From Candidatus Moanibacter sp. (GTDB lineage: Bacteria > Verrucomicrobiota > Verrucomicrobiia > Opitutales > UBA2987), in contig CBDCEW010000019.1 in NCBI GenBank assembly GCA_965215885.1, positions 1 through 50,462 of the forward strand: a stretch of DNA of 50,462 nucleotides, given 5' to 3'. Of this stretch, positions 10,081-18,801 are shown piece after piece (the stretch's first letter is position 1; each line of letters opens with the position of its first letter). Below the pieces are notes generated by a model that was not told where the DNA came from, made no database searches, and saw only the letters and a program-made list of their open reading frames with translations. The position numbers and the translations under genes were made by a program.

Positions 10081-11013
10081 ATGAAATCATTCGTTTGTAA
10101 AAGCTGCGTTCTGTTGTTTTTGGTGTGGGCCACATCCGGCTGCTCCATTCGACAATTCGCGGTTAACAAGGTCGCGGATACACTTTCGCAGGGAGGTTCA
10201 ATTTATGAAAGTGACGATGACATCGAATTAGTGGGAGAGGCTCTTCCTTTTGGGTTGAAGCTCATGGAAAGTCTGCTGGCTGAAGCACTGCAGCACCGCG
10301 GCCTTTTGCAAACGCTCTGTCAAGGGTTCACGATTTATTCCTATCTCAACGTTCAGTATCAGGCCGATCTCGCCGAGGGAGTGGATTTGGCGAAGTATGT
10401 GGAACTTCGCAGTCGAAGCCGCAATCTCTATCTGCGAGGATTCCGGTATGGTATCCGAGGGCTGGAAGTGTCCTACCCGGGAATTGGTGAAAGGCTTTTA
10501 ACGGATGCGGAAGCCGCTCTCTCTGTAACGAAAGAAGAGGATGTAGCGCTGCTTTATTGGACAGCTGCGGCCCTGGGTTCGGCAATATCCGTTTCCAGGG
10601 ACGACGCATCAATGCTCGCCCGTTTGCCGGAGGTGGAGGCTATACTGAATCGTGCACTGATTCTGGACGAGAGTTGGAATGAAGGTGCGCTCCATGAATT
10701 TCTGGTGACTTTGGCCGCCGCCAAGTCCGGTCCTACTGATTACGAGCGGATCAGAGGTGGTTACGAGAGAGCTTTGGAGCTTTCGGACGGCAAGCATGCA
10801 GGCCTGTATGTCGCCTACGCCGAGGCGGCGTCGGTAGCACAGCAGAATCGCGCCGAATTCCGCAGGTTGCTCGAGAAGGCACTGGATGTAGATACGGACG
10901 AATTTGAAGAGGTTCGGCTGGCAAACCTCGTGGCGCAACGTCGCGCGCGGTGGTTGCTTGAGCGAATAGACGGACTTTTTCTAACACCGGAAAATGGCCT
11001 GACACAGAAATAG
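10081..11013 (+). CDS. TRAP transporter TatT (T component) lipoprotein
   Basis: Lipobox-like signal (..WATSG-C); DDIELVGEALPFGLKLMESLL and NLVAQRRARWLL segments typical of TatT; upstream of DctP and DctQM. Confidence 0.85.
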   Translation: MKSFVCKSCVLLFLVWATSGCSIRQFAVNKVADTLSQGGSIYESDDDIELVGEALPFGLKLMESLLAEALQHRGLLQTLCQGFTIYSYLNVQYQADLAEGVDLAKYVELRSRSRNLYLRGFRYGIRGLEVSYPGIGERLLTDAEAALSVTKEEDVALLYWTAAALGSAISVSRDDASMLARLPEVEAILNRALILDESWNEGALHEFLVTLAAAKSGPTDYERIRGGYERALELSDGKHAGLYVAYAEAASVAQQNRAEFRRLLEKALDVDTDEFEEVRLANLVAQRRARWLLERIDGLFLTPENGLTQK

Positions 11014-11026
11014 AAGGAACCCGAAC

Positions 11027-12052
11027 ATGAAAGCACGTTGGATATATCCTATTGCCGTTTGTCTTCTGGTAGTAGCTGCCCAGACGCCGACTTACTCGCA
11101 GGAGCGGATCCTCATCAGGATGGGAACTCTGGCGCCCAAGGGCTCACCGTGGCATGACATTCTACTGCAGATCAGAGAGGACTGGTGGAAGATCTCCCAT
11201 GGTAGTGTGACCATCAAAATCTACAGCGGCGTTTTAGGAGACGAGGCAGAGATGATCCGCAAAATGCGAATCAAGCAGCTACAGGCAGTGATGATCACGG
11301 GTGCGGCCCTCCCTCGAATAGAGCCGGCCATATCCTGCCTCCAGATTCCGCTCATGTTCGAATCCTACGACGAACTCGACTATGTGCGCGATCGTCTCGA
11401 GCCCCGACTCGAGAAGATGGTCGAGGAAATTCACGAATTTAAAGTATTAAACTGGGGTGATGCCGGTTGGGTGCACTTCTTTACGAAAACGCCGGCCCGT
11501 AAACCGGACGACCTGCGTCGGCTGAAGTTGCTTACCTCGGCCGGTGACCCCGATATGGAGCGGCTTTATAAAGATTTCGGACTCCAGGTAGTGCCGCTAC
11601 CTTATACTGAAGTTCTGATGGCGCTGGAGACGGGATTGATCGATGCGGCGCAAGGCCCGCCTTTGTATGCAATGCTGGATCAATGGTTTGGCCTTGCGGA
11701 AAACATGACTGAACTCCGCTGGACGCCCCTGGTAGGCGCCACTGTTCTCCGAAAGGATACCTGGGAGAAGATTCCGCGAAAGTGGCGAGATAAAATGCTC
11801 GAATCGGCCCGGACAGCGGGGCGTCAGCTGAGGGAGAAGATTCGCAAGCTGGGAGAAGATGCGATCCCGGAGATGGAAAAGAGGGGCTTGAATGTTGTCA
11901 CCCTCGATGAGGCGGAGTTGGCTCTATGGCGATCCGAAGCTGAGCGAGCTTACCCCAAGTTGCGTGGGGATTATGCTCCTGCCGATCTCTTCGATGAAGT
12001 CGTGCGGCTGCGCGACGAGTTTCGCGAGACGAAATCCGGCAGGCCGATGTAA
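11027..12052 (+). CDS. dctP: TRAP transporter substrate-binding protein DctP (TatP type)
   Basis: Signal peptide, IRMGTLAPKGSPW, GVLGDEAEMIRKMR, WGDAGWVHFF, ALETGLIDA. Confidence 0.9.
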   Translation: MKARWIYPIAVCLLVVAAQTPTYSQERILIRMGTLAPKGSPWHDILLQIREDWWKISHGSVTIKIYSGVLGDEAEMIRKMRIKQLQAVMITGAALPRIEPAISCLQIPLMFESYDELDYVRDRLEPRLEKMVEEIHEFKVLNWGDAGWVHFFTKTPARKPDDLRRLKLLTSAGDPDMERLYKDFGLQVVPLPYTEVLMALETGLIDAAQGPPLYAMLDQWFGLAENMTELRWTPLVGATVLRKDTWEKIPRKWRDKMLESARTAGRQLREKIRKLGEDAIPEMEKRGLNVVTLDEAELALWRSEAERAYPKLRGDYAPADLFDEVVRLRDEFRETKSGRPM

Positions 12053-12065
12053 TAACAGGCGAACG

Positions 12066-13886
12066 ATGTCGGTTGACAAGGAGAAGGAGACACCAGCGCT
12101 GGTCCGTGCTACCCATAGAATTGAGGACCTCTTTTCGATCATTGTCCTGGCAGTAATGGCACTGCTGCCTTTGATTGAGTTTGCCGGGCACACGACAATC
12201 GGAAAAGGCATAGCCGGGTCGATCCCTCTCGTCGAACACCTCACGCTCTGGATCGCCTTTCTGGGGGCAGCGCTGGCGGCTCGATCTGATCGCCATCTTG
12301 CCCTCTCTTCGGGATCTTTCCTCCCCGACCGGTTACTGGCTTTCGCCCACTTAATGACAGGAATCTTAGGTGCGGCAGTGTCGGCCTCGCTGTTTTGGGC
12401 CGGGGTAGAACTGGTGAAGGTCATGCGGGGGGTCGAAAGCACGGTAGCTTTAGGTGTTCCCGTGTGGTTGGCCATGTGTATCTTACCCGCCGGCTTTGGC
12501 GTCATTGCGGCACGGTTTATCTGGCACACTTCAGATCGCTGGTGGGGCCGCTCAATTGCTACGCTTGGCTTAGCCATCCCAGCCGTTTTTGGACTGGTTC
12601 CCGTCCTTCAGGGTTCAGGAATCCTCCTTCCGGGCATACTCGTGTTGATAGCGGGGTTCCTGCTCGGCCTGCCTATATTTACGGTCATCGGCGGCATGGC
12701 GCTGCTTCTCTTCTGGAATGAAGGAATACCCGTAGCCTCCGTTCCCGATGAGGCCTACCGACTCACAGCTTCGCCGATGTTACCGGCTGTGCCTCTCTTC
12801 GCCCTGGGAGGCTATGTCTTATCTGAAGGCGGCGCAGGTCGGCGCTTAATGCGTTTTTTTACCGCCGTGGTCGGCTGGATGCCTGGCGGCCTCGCTGTGG
12901 CCACCACACTCCTGCTGGCTCTTTTTACGCCTTTGACGGGCGCCTCCGGGATTACCATCCTGACACTAGGGGGCTTACTCTTGCCTCTGCTTCTCCAAGC
13001 CCACTACAAGGAGAATTTCTCTGTCGGTTTAGTGACGGCTTCCGGTTCGATCGGATTACTCTTACCACCCAGCCTGCCGGTGATTCTCTATGGGGTCACG
13101 GCGAATATATCCATTTTGGAACTCTTTGTAGGTGGTCTCTTGCCTGGCATTCTGCTGATTTCCCTGGTGGCCGCATGGGGAATTCGCGCCGGAATCCTTA
13201 ACCGATCCGCTAGAAAGCCCTTCCAAGCTCGAGAAGCCGCTGCCGCGACGTGGGAAGCGAAGTGGGATCTATTTCTGCCGGTGGTAATAATCGGGGGCTA
13301 CTTCGGCGGCTACACTACCTTGGTTGAAGCCTCGGCGGTTTATGCCATCACCATTGAGTGTATCGTCCATAAGCAACTCTCCCTACGCCGTGCGATTTTC
13401 CGGATCCCAGTTGAATGTGCCACCTTGGTGGGTGGGTTCCTCATCATCCTCGGGATGGCGCTTGGTTTCACAAATTACTTGATCCTTGCCGAAATCCCTA
13501 TGCAGGTTCTGGATTTCGTCCAAACCCACGTCCAATCCCCTTTCATCTTCCTTTTGGCGCTGAACTTCTTACTCGTCATCGTGGGCGGCCTTTTGGATAT
13601 TTATTCGGCAATCTTCGTTGTCGTGCCCTTGATCACTCCTTTGGCGGCTGCTTACGGAATCGATCCAGTGCACCTGGGCATCATCTTTCTGGCCAATCTC
13701 GAGTTGGGCTATTTGACCCCACCGATGGGAGAGAATCTGTTCCTCTCCGCCCTCAGCTTCAATCGGCCTCTGACCACTCTCTTTCGTTCAACGGTGCCGT
13801 TCTGGTTAATCCTGCTGGCCGGTGTGCTGCTCATTACCTACGTGCCGGCGATGAGCTTGGGGGCTGTAGAACTCTTCCTGCGATGA
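12066..13886 (+). CDS. TRAP transporter fused small and large permease (DctQ-DctM)
   Basis: Polytopic membrane protein; LWIAFLGAALAARSDRHL (DctQ) and GSIGLLLPPSLPVILYG, IDPVHLGIIFLANLELGYLTPPMGENLF (DctM). ATG at 12066 chosen. Confidence 0.9.
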   Translation: MSVDKEKETPALVRATHRIEDLFSIIVLAVMALLPLIEFAGHTTIGKGIAGSIPLVEHLTLWIAFLGAALAARSDRHLALSSGSFLPDRLLAFAHLMTGILGAAVSASLFWAGVELVKVMRGVESTVALGVPVWLAMCILPAGFGVIAARFIWHTSDRWWGRSIATLGLAIPAVFGLVPVLQGSGILLPGILVLIAGFLLGLPIFTVIGGMALLLFWNEGIPVASVPDEAYRLTASPMLPAVPLFALGGYVLSEGGAGRRLMRFFTAVVGWMPGGLAVATTLLLALFTPLTGASGITILTLGGLLLPLLLQAHYKENFSVGLVTASGSIGLLLPPSLPVILYGVTANISILELFVGGLLPGILLISLVAAWGIRAGILNRSARKPFQAREAAAATWEAKWDLFLPVVIIGGYFGGYTTLVEASAVYAITIECIVHKQLSLRRAIFRIPVECATLVGGFLIILGMALGFTNYLILAEIPMQVLDFVQTHVQSPFIFLLALNFLLVIVGGLLDIYSAIFVVVPLITPLAAAYGIDPVHLGIIFLANLELGYLTPPMGENLFLSALSFNRPLTTLFRSTVPFWLILLAGVLLITYVPAMSLGAVELFLR

Positions 13887-13926
13887 TACAGACTTTTCGC
13901 TCTTGCTGGGGGTAAGAGCGTCTGTA
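13887..13926 (+). terminator. Stem-loop after the TRAP operon
   Basis: TACAGAC..CGCTCTT-loop-AAGAGCG-TCTGTA directly after the stop codon; no U-tract. Confidence 0.35.
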
Positions 13927-13986
13927 ATGCAATTGACATTTTTTGACCGACCCTATTCATTCAATGGCGAATCCTTATAAAGTATC

Positions 13987-15546
13987 GTGAGCCGAGGAAT
14001 CATCCCCAGTAAAGAAAAATCCTTTGTCGAAGCCGTATCGCGCTTGATCTATTGTAATCCGTTTCTGGAGGAGCGCATCGACTTGGAGAAGGAGGCTCTG
14101 CGAGGCGACTACAAAGAAACCGGGCGCGCTTGGAATTTTCTTCCTCCCGGTTACCGCGACGATCCCAATGTGCGTACTCTGATTGAGCGAGTAGCTATCG
14201 TGGCGGAGCAATGCCGATCGAATCTTGTCTCCGGAATATCGATATCCGAGAAGGAATTCCAATACTACGAAAAGCTGGTCCTGTTACAGACCTATTTTGA
14301 TTTCCGAGATGACTATGATCGGATCATCAGACGGGCTCACGAAACAGGGAGCGCGGGGGAGCGCGTGAGTTTTTTTAAACGATTTGAGCGGAAGTTGAAT
14401 CACTTCTTCGAGCCTTGTGCGAATAATCTGCCTCGAGAGTATTCTCCGGAGCATTTGTTTTCCTTTGGTTACCAGGTGAGGCGAGCATTTTTTCACATTT
14501 TCTATTTCATTATTGGCACGTCTCTGGCGGCGAGGCAATTGCGAGCGCGGGTATGGCAATCGATATTTACCCGGAAAATGGCGCTCTACGAACGGTCGCT
14601 ATATAAACATCTGGCCGATATCACGACGCTCATCACCGGACCCTCAGGATCGGGCAAGGAATTAGTGGCGCGAGCCATTGGGTTGTCGCGTTTCATTCCC
14701 TTTAACGAAAGTCACGGGCAGTTCGAGGAAGACTTCATCAACGCTTTTTATCCCCTGAGTCTTTCCGCATTGTCGCCAACCCTAATCGAATCGGAATTGT
14801 TCGGCCTCCGAAAGGGAGCCTATACGGGAGCTTTGCAGGATCGAAAAGGTTACCTCGAAGCCTGTGGGCCCTACGGGTCGGTATTTCTCGATGAAATCGG
14901 AGAGACCGTTCCCGAAATTCAAGTGAAATTGCTGCGTGTGCTGCAAACACGCCAATTTCAGCGCCTCGGAGATCCGGAAGCGCGCCTTTTCGAGGGTAAG
15001 GTGATAGCTGCAACGAACCGCAATCTAGCCGACGAAATGAAAGAGAAGCGTTTTCGAGAGGACTTCTATTATCGTCTGTGTGCCGATCGGATAGAGACTC
15101 CCTCCCTGCGGGAGGTTCTGGACGGTAATCCCGAGGAGTTAAAATTTCTGGTGAAGGAAATTGCGGTGCGAGTCGCGGGTGAGGAGGTGGCCGAGTCGCT
15201 TACCATTGAATCGTGCGACTATATAGAAAAGAAACTTGGGCTCGATTATGACTGGCCGGGAAACTTTCGGGAACTCGAGCAGTGCGCCCGTAATATTCTC
15301 ATACAGGGAGACTATCGGCCGGAGAATCTGAAGAGAAAAGACAGCGATGATGCCACCCTCCCAGACCTTCTTGAATCGGGCGAACTAACCGCGGAGGAAG
15401 TGCTTCGTCATTATATCACTCGCGTGTATTCGAAGACCCGCAACTTCGAGGAGACGGCTCGACGCGTAAAATTGGATCGCCGTACGGTTAAGAAGCATGT
15501 CGATGAAAATCTACTTAGTAGATTATCCCGGAAGAGCTCAGAATGA
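13987..15546 (+). CDS. Sigma54-interacting transcriptional activator (bEBP) with an unrecognised N-terminal domain
   Basis: Walker A GPSGSGKE, ESELFGLRKGAYTGA, Walker B FLDEIGE, QVKLLRVLQ, FREDFYYRL, WPGNFRELE and a C-terminal HTH-like segment. Confidence 0.9.
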   Translation: MSRGIIPSKEKSFVEAVSRLIYCNPFLEERIDLEKEALRGDYKETGRAWNFLPPGYRDDPNVRTLIERVAIVAEQCRSNLVSGISISEKEFQYYEKLVLLQTYFDFRDDYDRIIRRAHETGSAGERVSFFKRFERKLNHFFEPCANNLPREYSPEHLFSFGYQVRRAFFHIFYFIIGTSLAARQLRARVWQSIFTRKMALYERSLYKHLADITTLITGPSGSGKELVARAIGLSRFIPFNESHGQFEEDFINAFYPLSLSALSPTLIESELFGLRKGAYTGALQDRKGYLEACGPYGSVFLDEIGETVPEIQVKLLRVLQTRQFQRLGDPEARLFEGKVIAATNRNLADEMKEKRFREDFYYRLCADRIETPSLREVLDGNPEELKFLVKEIAVRVAGEEVAESLTIESCDYIEKKLGLDYDWPGNFRELEQCARNILIQGDYRPENLKRKDSDDATLPDLLESGELTAEEVLRHYITRVYSKTRNFEETARRVKLDRRTVKKHVDENLLSRLSRKSSE

Positions 15547-17189
15547 CGGATGATTCCCAGAAGATTTTGGATTTGGGTGAGCAGGCTTATAGTGCGAGGG
15601 AAGCGTTCGACGGACACCTTGCCGACGCCTGTTTCAGGTCATTGGCCAGCCGTCCCGGTAAGAAGATTCTGGTGGATCGCGCGGTGGGACGCAAGGAGGT
15701 GACGGCGTCCAAGTTGCTGGCTGTTTCGATTGCTCTTTCGCGTGTATGGTCGGGCGGAATATCGGGAAAAAGAGTGGGGCTTGTATTTCCGCCGGGACTG
15801 GGAGGTTGGATCACCAACCTTTCTCTCGTCCTTTGTGGTAAGATTCCGGTGAATCTGAATTTTACGGCAGGGCGTAGCTCGATAGAATCGAGTATGCGAC
15901 AGGCGGGGATCGAGACGATCATTACTGCTGCGGCTGTGAAGGAAAAGTTGGCCGAATTTCCATGGTTGGAAGATACCCGGGATCTACTTTGGGAAATTAA
16001 GTCCCTCTCGAAGGTAGGCATTGTCGCGATGATTGCCGCCATTTGGATTTTCCCGAAAGGAATACTCTCGCGGCTACTGGGAATTCCAAAATCAGGGGGA
16101 AACGGCGAGGCGGCGCTGCTCTTTAGTAGCGGTAGCACAGCTGAACCTAAAGGAGTTGTACTCACTCACCGAAATATCATGGGTAACTGCCAGCAGATCG
16201 CCGACTGCCAGTTACTTCCGGAAAAGGAAACTCTGCTAGCCTGCCTACCAATTTTCCACAGTTTCGGTTTCACCGTTACGCTTTGGTACCCCTTGTTGTC
16301 GGGGCTCAGAGTTGTGACTCTTCCATCGCCTTTGGATGCCACCCGTATTGCCGCTGCCGTCCATGTAGAGCAGGCAACCGTAATGTTTGGCACTCCGACA
16401 TTTTTCCGCCCCTATTTTAAGAGAGTAAAACCCAAAATACTGAGGAACCTTAAGTATGTTGTGGCTGGAGCGGAAAAGACGCCAGAAGGCTTTAAGGAGA
16501 AATGGGAGGATCATTTCGATGGTCTCTACCTTGAGGGCTATGGGCTTACGGAAACCTCTCCCGTGGTCAGCTGCAATTTGCATGTCAACTTTTTGAATGA
16601 GAGAACGGGGAGAGAGGAGCGTGCCCGGCGCGATGGATCAGTGGGTCGCCTTTTTCCTGGAATGGCTGCCCGCATTGTCAGTCCGGAAACAGGGGAGGAA
16701 CAGGCGTTAACTGAAGTGGGGATGCTGCAGTTGAAAGGCCCCAATATCTTTTCAGGTTATTTGAATAATCCTGAACTCACCGAGGCTTCGTTCCGTGACG
16801 GTTGGTTCGTCACTGGAGATTTGGCTCGTATCGATGAAGATGGATTTCTGTTTATCGAGGGCAGGCTTTCAAGGTTCTCGAAAATCGGTGGCGAAATGGT
16901 GCCGCATGAGACCATCGAGCAGCATGTAGCGAGGGCTTTTGACCTTGAAGGCAGCGATCAAGTCATGGTGGCGGTGACCGGAGTGGCCGATGCGAGCCGA
17001 GGTGAGAGGCTCATCCTCCTTAGTGCCTTCGAAATTTCGATGGATACCCTGCGGAGGCGCCTCAAAGATTCGGGATTGCCAAACTTATGGATACCGCGCC
17101 AGATCATGCGAGTGGATGAGATCCCGTGTTTGGCCTCAGGAAAACTGGATCTCAAGGCCGTGAAACGGATGGCGGAAAAAAGCTTGTGA
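15543..17189 (+). CDS. AMP-binding enzyme, Aas-like acyl-ACP synthetase domain without the acyltransferase domain
   Basis: LFSSGSTAEPKGV, LPIFHSFGFTV, EGYGLTETSPV, TGD, GRLSRFSKIGGEMV, GKLDL. Confidence 0.88.
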   Translation: MTDDSQKILDLGEQAYSAREAFDGHLADACFRSLASRPGKKILVDRAVGRKEVTASKLLAVSIALSRVWSGGISGKRVGLVFPPGLGGWITNLSLVLCGKIPVNLNFTAGRSSIESSMRQAGIETIITAAAVKEKLAEFPWLEDTRDLLWEIKSLSKVGIVAMIAAIWIFPKGILSRLLGIPKSGGNGEAALLFSSGSTAEPKGVVLTHRNIMGNCQQIADCQLLPEKETLLACLPIFHSFGFTVTLWYPLLSGLRVVTLPSPLDATRIAAAVHVEQATVMFGTPTFFRPYFKRVKPKILRNLKYVVAGAEKTPEGFKEKWEDHFDGLYLEGYGLTETSPVVSCNLHVNFLNERTGREERARRDGSVGRLFPGMAARIVSPETGEEQALTEVGMLQLKGPNIFSGYLNNPELTEASFRDGWFVTGDLARIDEDGFLFIEGRLSRFSKIGGEMVPHETIEQHVARAFDLEGSDQVMVAVTGVADASRGERLILLSAFEISMDTLRRRLKDSGLPNLWIPRQIMRVDEIPCLASGKLDLKAVKRMAEKSL

Positions 17190-17196
17190 TTTAGCG

Positions 17197-18180
17197 ATGG
17201 ATCTTCGCACCATCGACGGCCATGTCCATATCGTCGGTGACGGGAGTAGCGGCAGCGGATGCTGGCTAGCGATCGAAGGTGTCTGGGCACGATTTCTAGC
17301 ACGGACAATGATGCGGGAGCTCCGACTTCCGCTATTGGCCTTAAACGATGGTCTTGATCGGCTCTATGTCGACAGGTTGCTTGAGCAAGTTCGTGCCTCT
17401 TCAGTCGACGCACTACTCATTCTCGCGCAGGAACTGCCCCGAGATGAGAACGGCAGAGAATTAGAGGGACTTGGAGCTTTTTACGTGCCGAATAAATATG
17501 TGCTCGAACTCACCAGGCGGCACCGCGAGTTCGTGCCGGCGGTATCGATTCATCCTGCCCGAGCGGATGCTTTGGACGAACTCCAAATGTGCGTCGAGGC
17601 GGGCGCGCGGGTGATGAAGTGCCTGCCTAATTGCCAGAATATCAATTGCAGCGACAAAAGGTATGTGAAGTTTTGGGAATGCATGGCGGGAACGGGAATG
17701 CTGTTGTTGGCACATACCGGAGGGGAAATGACGCTTCCGGTAGTCAGTTCCGAATACGCCGACCCTCGGGTGTTGACCCTTCCCCTGGAATGTGGGGTTA
17801 CCGTAATTGCCGCCCATTGCGCGGGGCGCAGTTGCTTGAGTGACCCGGACTACACGGACGATCTAATTGAGATGTTTGAACAGTATCCGAACCTTTACGG
17901 AGACAACAGCGCCCTTTGCAGCCCAATCCGCAGCCGCACATTGGTTAAGATACTTCAGGCTGGTGTGGTGGATCGAATCATTCATGGAAGCGATTACCCC
18001 ATCCCCGTGTCCGATTTAGGTCCGTGCCTGAGGGGACGTCTCTCCTGGAGGGAGTTCAAAAAGGGGAGAAGAGAGCCGAACGTCATCGAACGCGATTGCA
18101 CGTTGAAACGTGACATGGGTTTTCCGGAGGAGACATTCACGAGGCTCGACGGTCTCATAAATTGTGCAGAAAACTTCTAA
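17197..18180 (+). CDS. Metal-dependent amidohydrolase (TIM barrel)
   Basis: DGHVH, LAHTGGE, IAAHC and HGSDYP metal-ligand motifs. Confidence 0.87.
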   Translation: MDLRTIDGHVHIVGDGSSGSGCWLAIEGVWARFLARTMMRELRLPLLALNDGLDRLYVDRLLEQVRASSVDALLILAQELPRDENGRELEGLGAFYVPNKYVLELTRRHREFVPAVSIHPARADALDELQMCVEAGARVMKCLPNCQNINCSDKRYVKFWECMAGTGMLLLAHTGGEMTLPVVSSEYADPRVLTLPLECGVTVIAAHCAGRSCLSDPDYTDDLIEMFEQYPNLYGDNSALCSPIRSRTLVKILQAGVVDRIIHGSDYPIPVSDLGPCLRGRLSWREFKKGRREPNVIERDCTLKRDMGFPEETFTRLDGLINCAENF

Positions 18181-18207
18181 GAAGCTTCCTGCTTGCGCGT
18201 TATCAGT

Positions 18208-18801
18208 ATGAAAGCCGAGTCTGAAGAGATGGCCGGTGGCAACAGTATGATTGATGAACGCAAGAGCGATCAACAGGAGTGGGCACAGTCAGTGGTGGAT
18301 ACCTATTCTGGTTCCCTTACTCGATATGCGGCGAGTATCACGAGGGATATTGAGAGTGCCCGTGACGTCGTTCAGGAGACTTTTCTGCGATTCTTCAGGG
18401 AAGATAGGGCAAAAATTGCCGATCATTGCGCACCCTGGCTATTTCGCGTGTGCCGCAATCGGGCCATCGATCTGCTTAGAAAGAATGGTCGTATGACGCC
18501 GCTGGCAGATTCGCTTTTGGACACACGGGCAGCTCCTGATCCGCAGCCTTCAATTGCCGCGGAAAGAAAAGAAGCGTCCAGTGTAATACTTAATATCCTC
18601 GAGTCATTGCCGCACAATCAGCAAGAGGTCGTGCGTCTAAAGTTTCAAAACGGACTCAGTTACAAGGAGATTGCCGAAGTTACCAAGTTTTCCGTCTCCA
18701 ATGTCGGGTTTCTCATTCATACAGCGCTCAGGAATCTGCGCCAGAAGGTGAGGAGCGAAACCGATCTCTTGCCGGAAATTGAAGGAGGACCCCAAACATG
18801 A
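18208..18801 (+). CDS. ECF-type RNA polymerase sigma factor (start uncertain: 18208, 18229 or 18247)
   Basis: Region 2 ARDVVQETFLRF...WLFRVCRNRAIDLLRK; region 4 LPHNQQEVVRLKFQNGLSYKEIAEV. Confidence 0.93.
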   Translation: MKAESEEMAGGNSMIDERKSDQQEWAQSVVDTYSGSLTRYAASITRDIESARDVVQETFLRFFREDRAKIADHCAPWLFRVCRNRAIDLLRKNGRMTPLADSLLDTRAAPDPQPSIAAERKEASSVILNILESLPHNQQEVVRLKFQNGLSYKEIAEVTKFSVSNVGFLIHTALRNLRQKVRSETDLLPEIEGGPQT

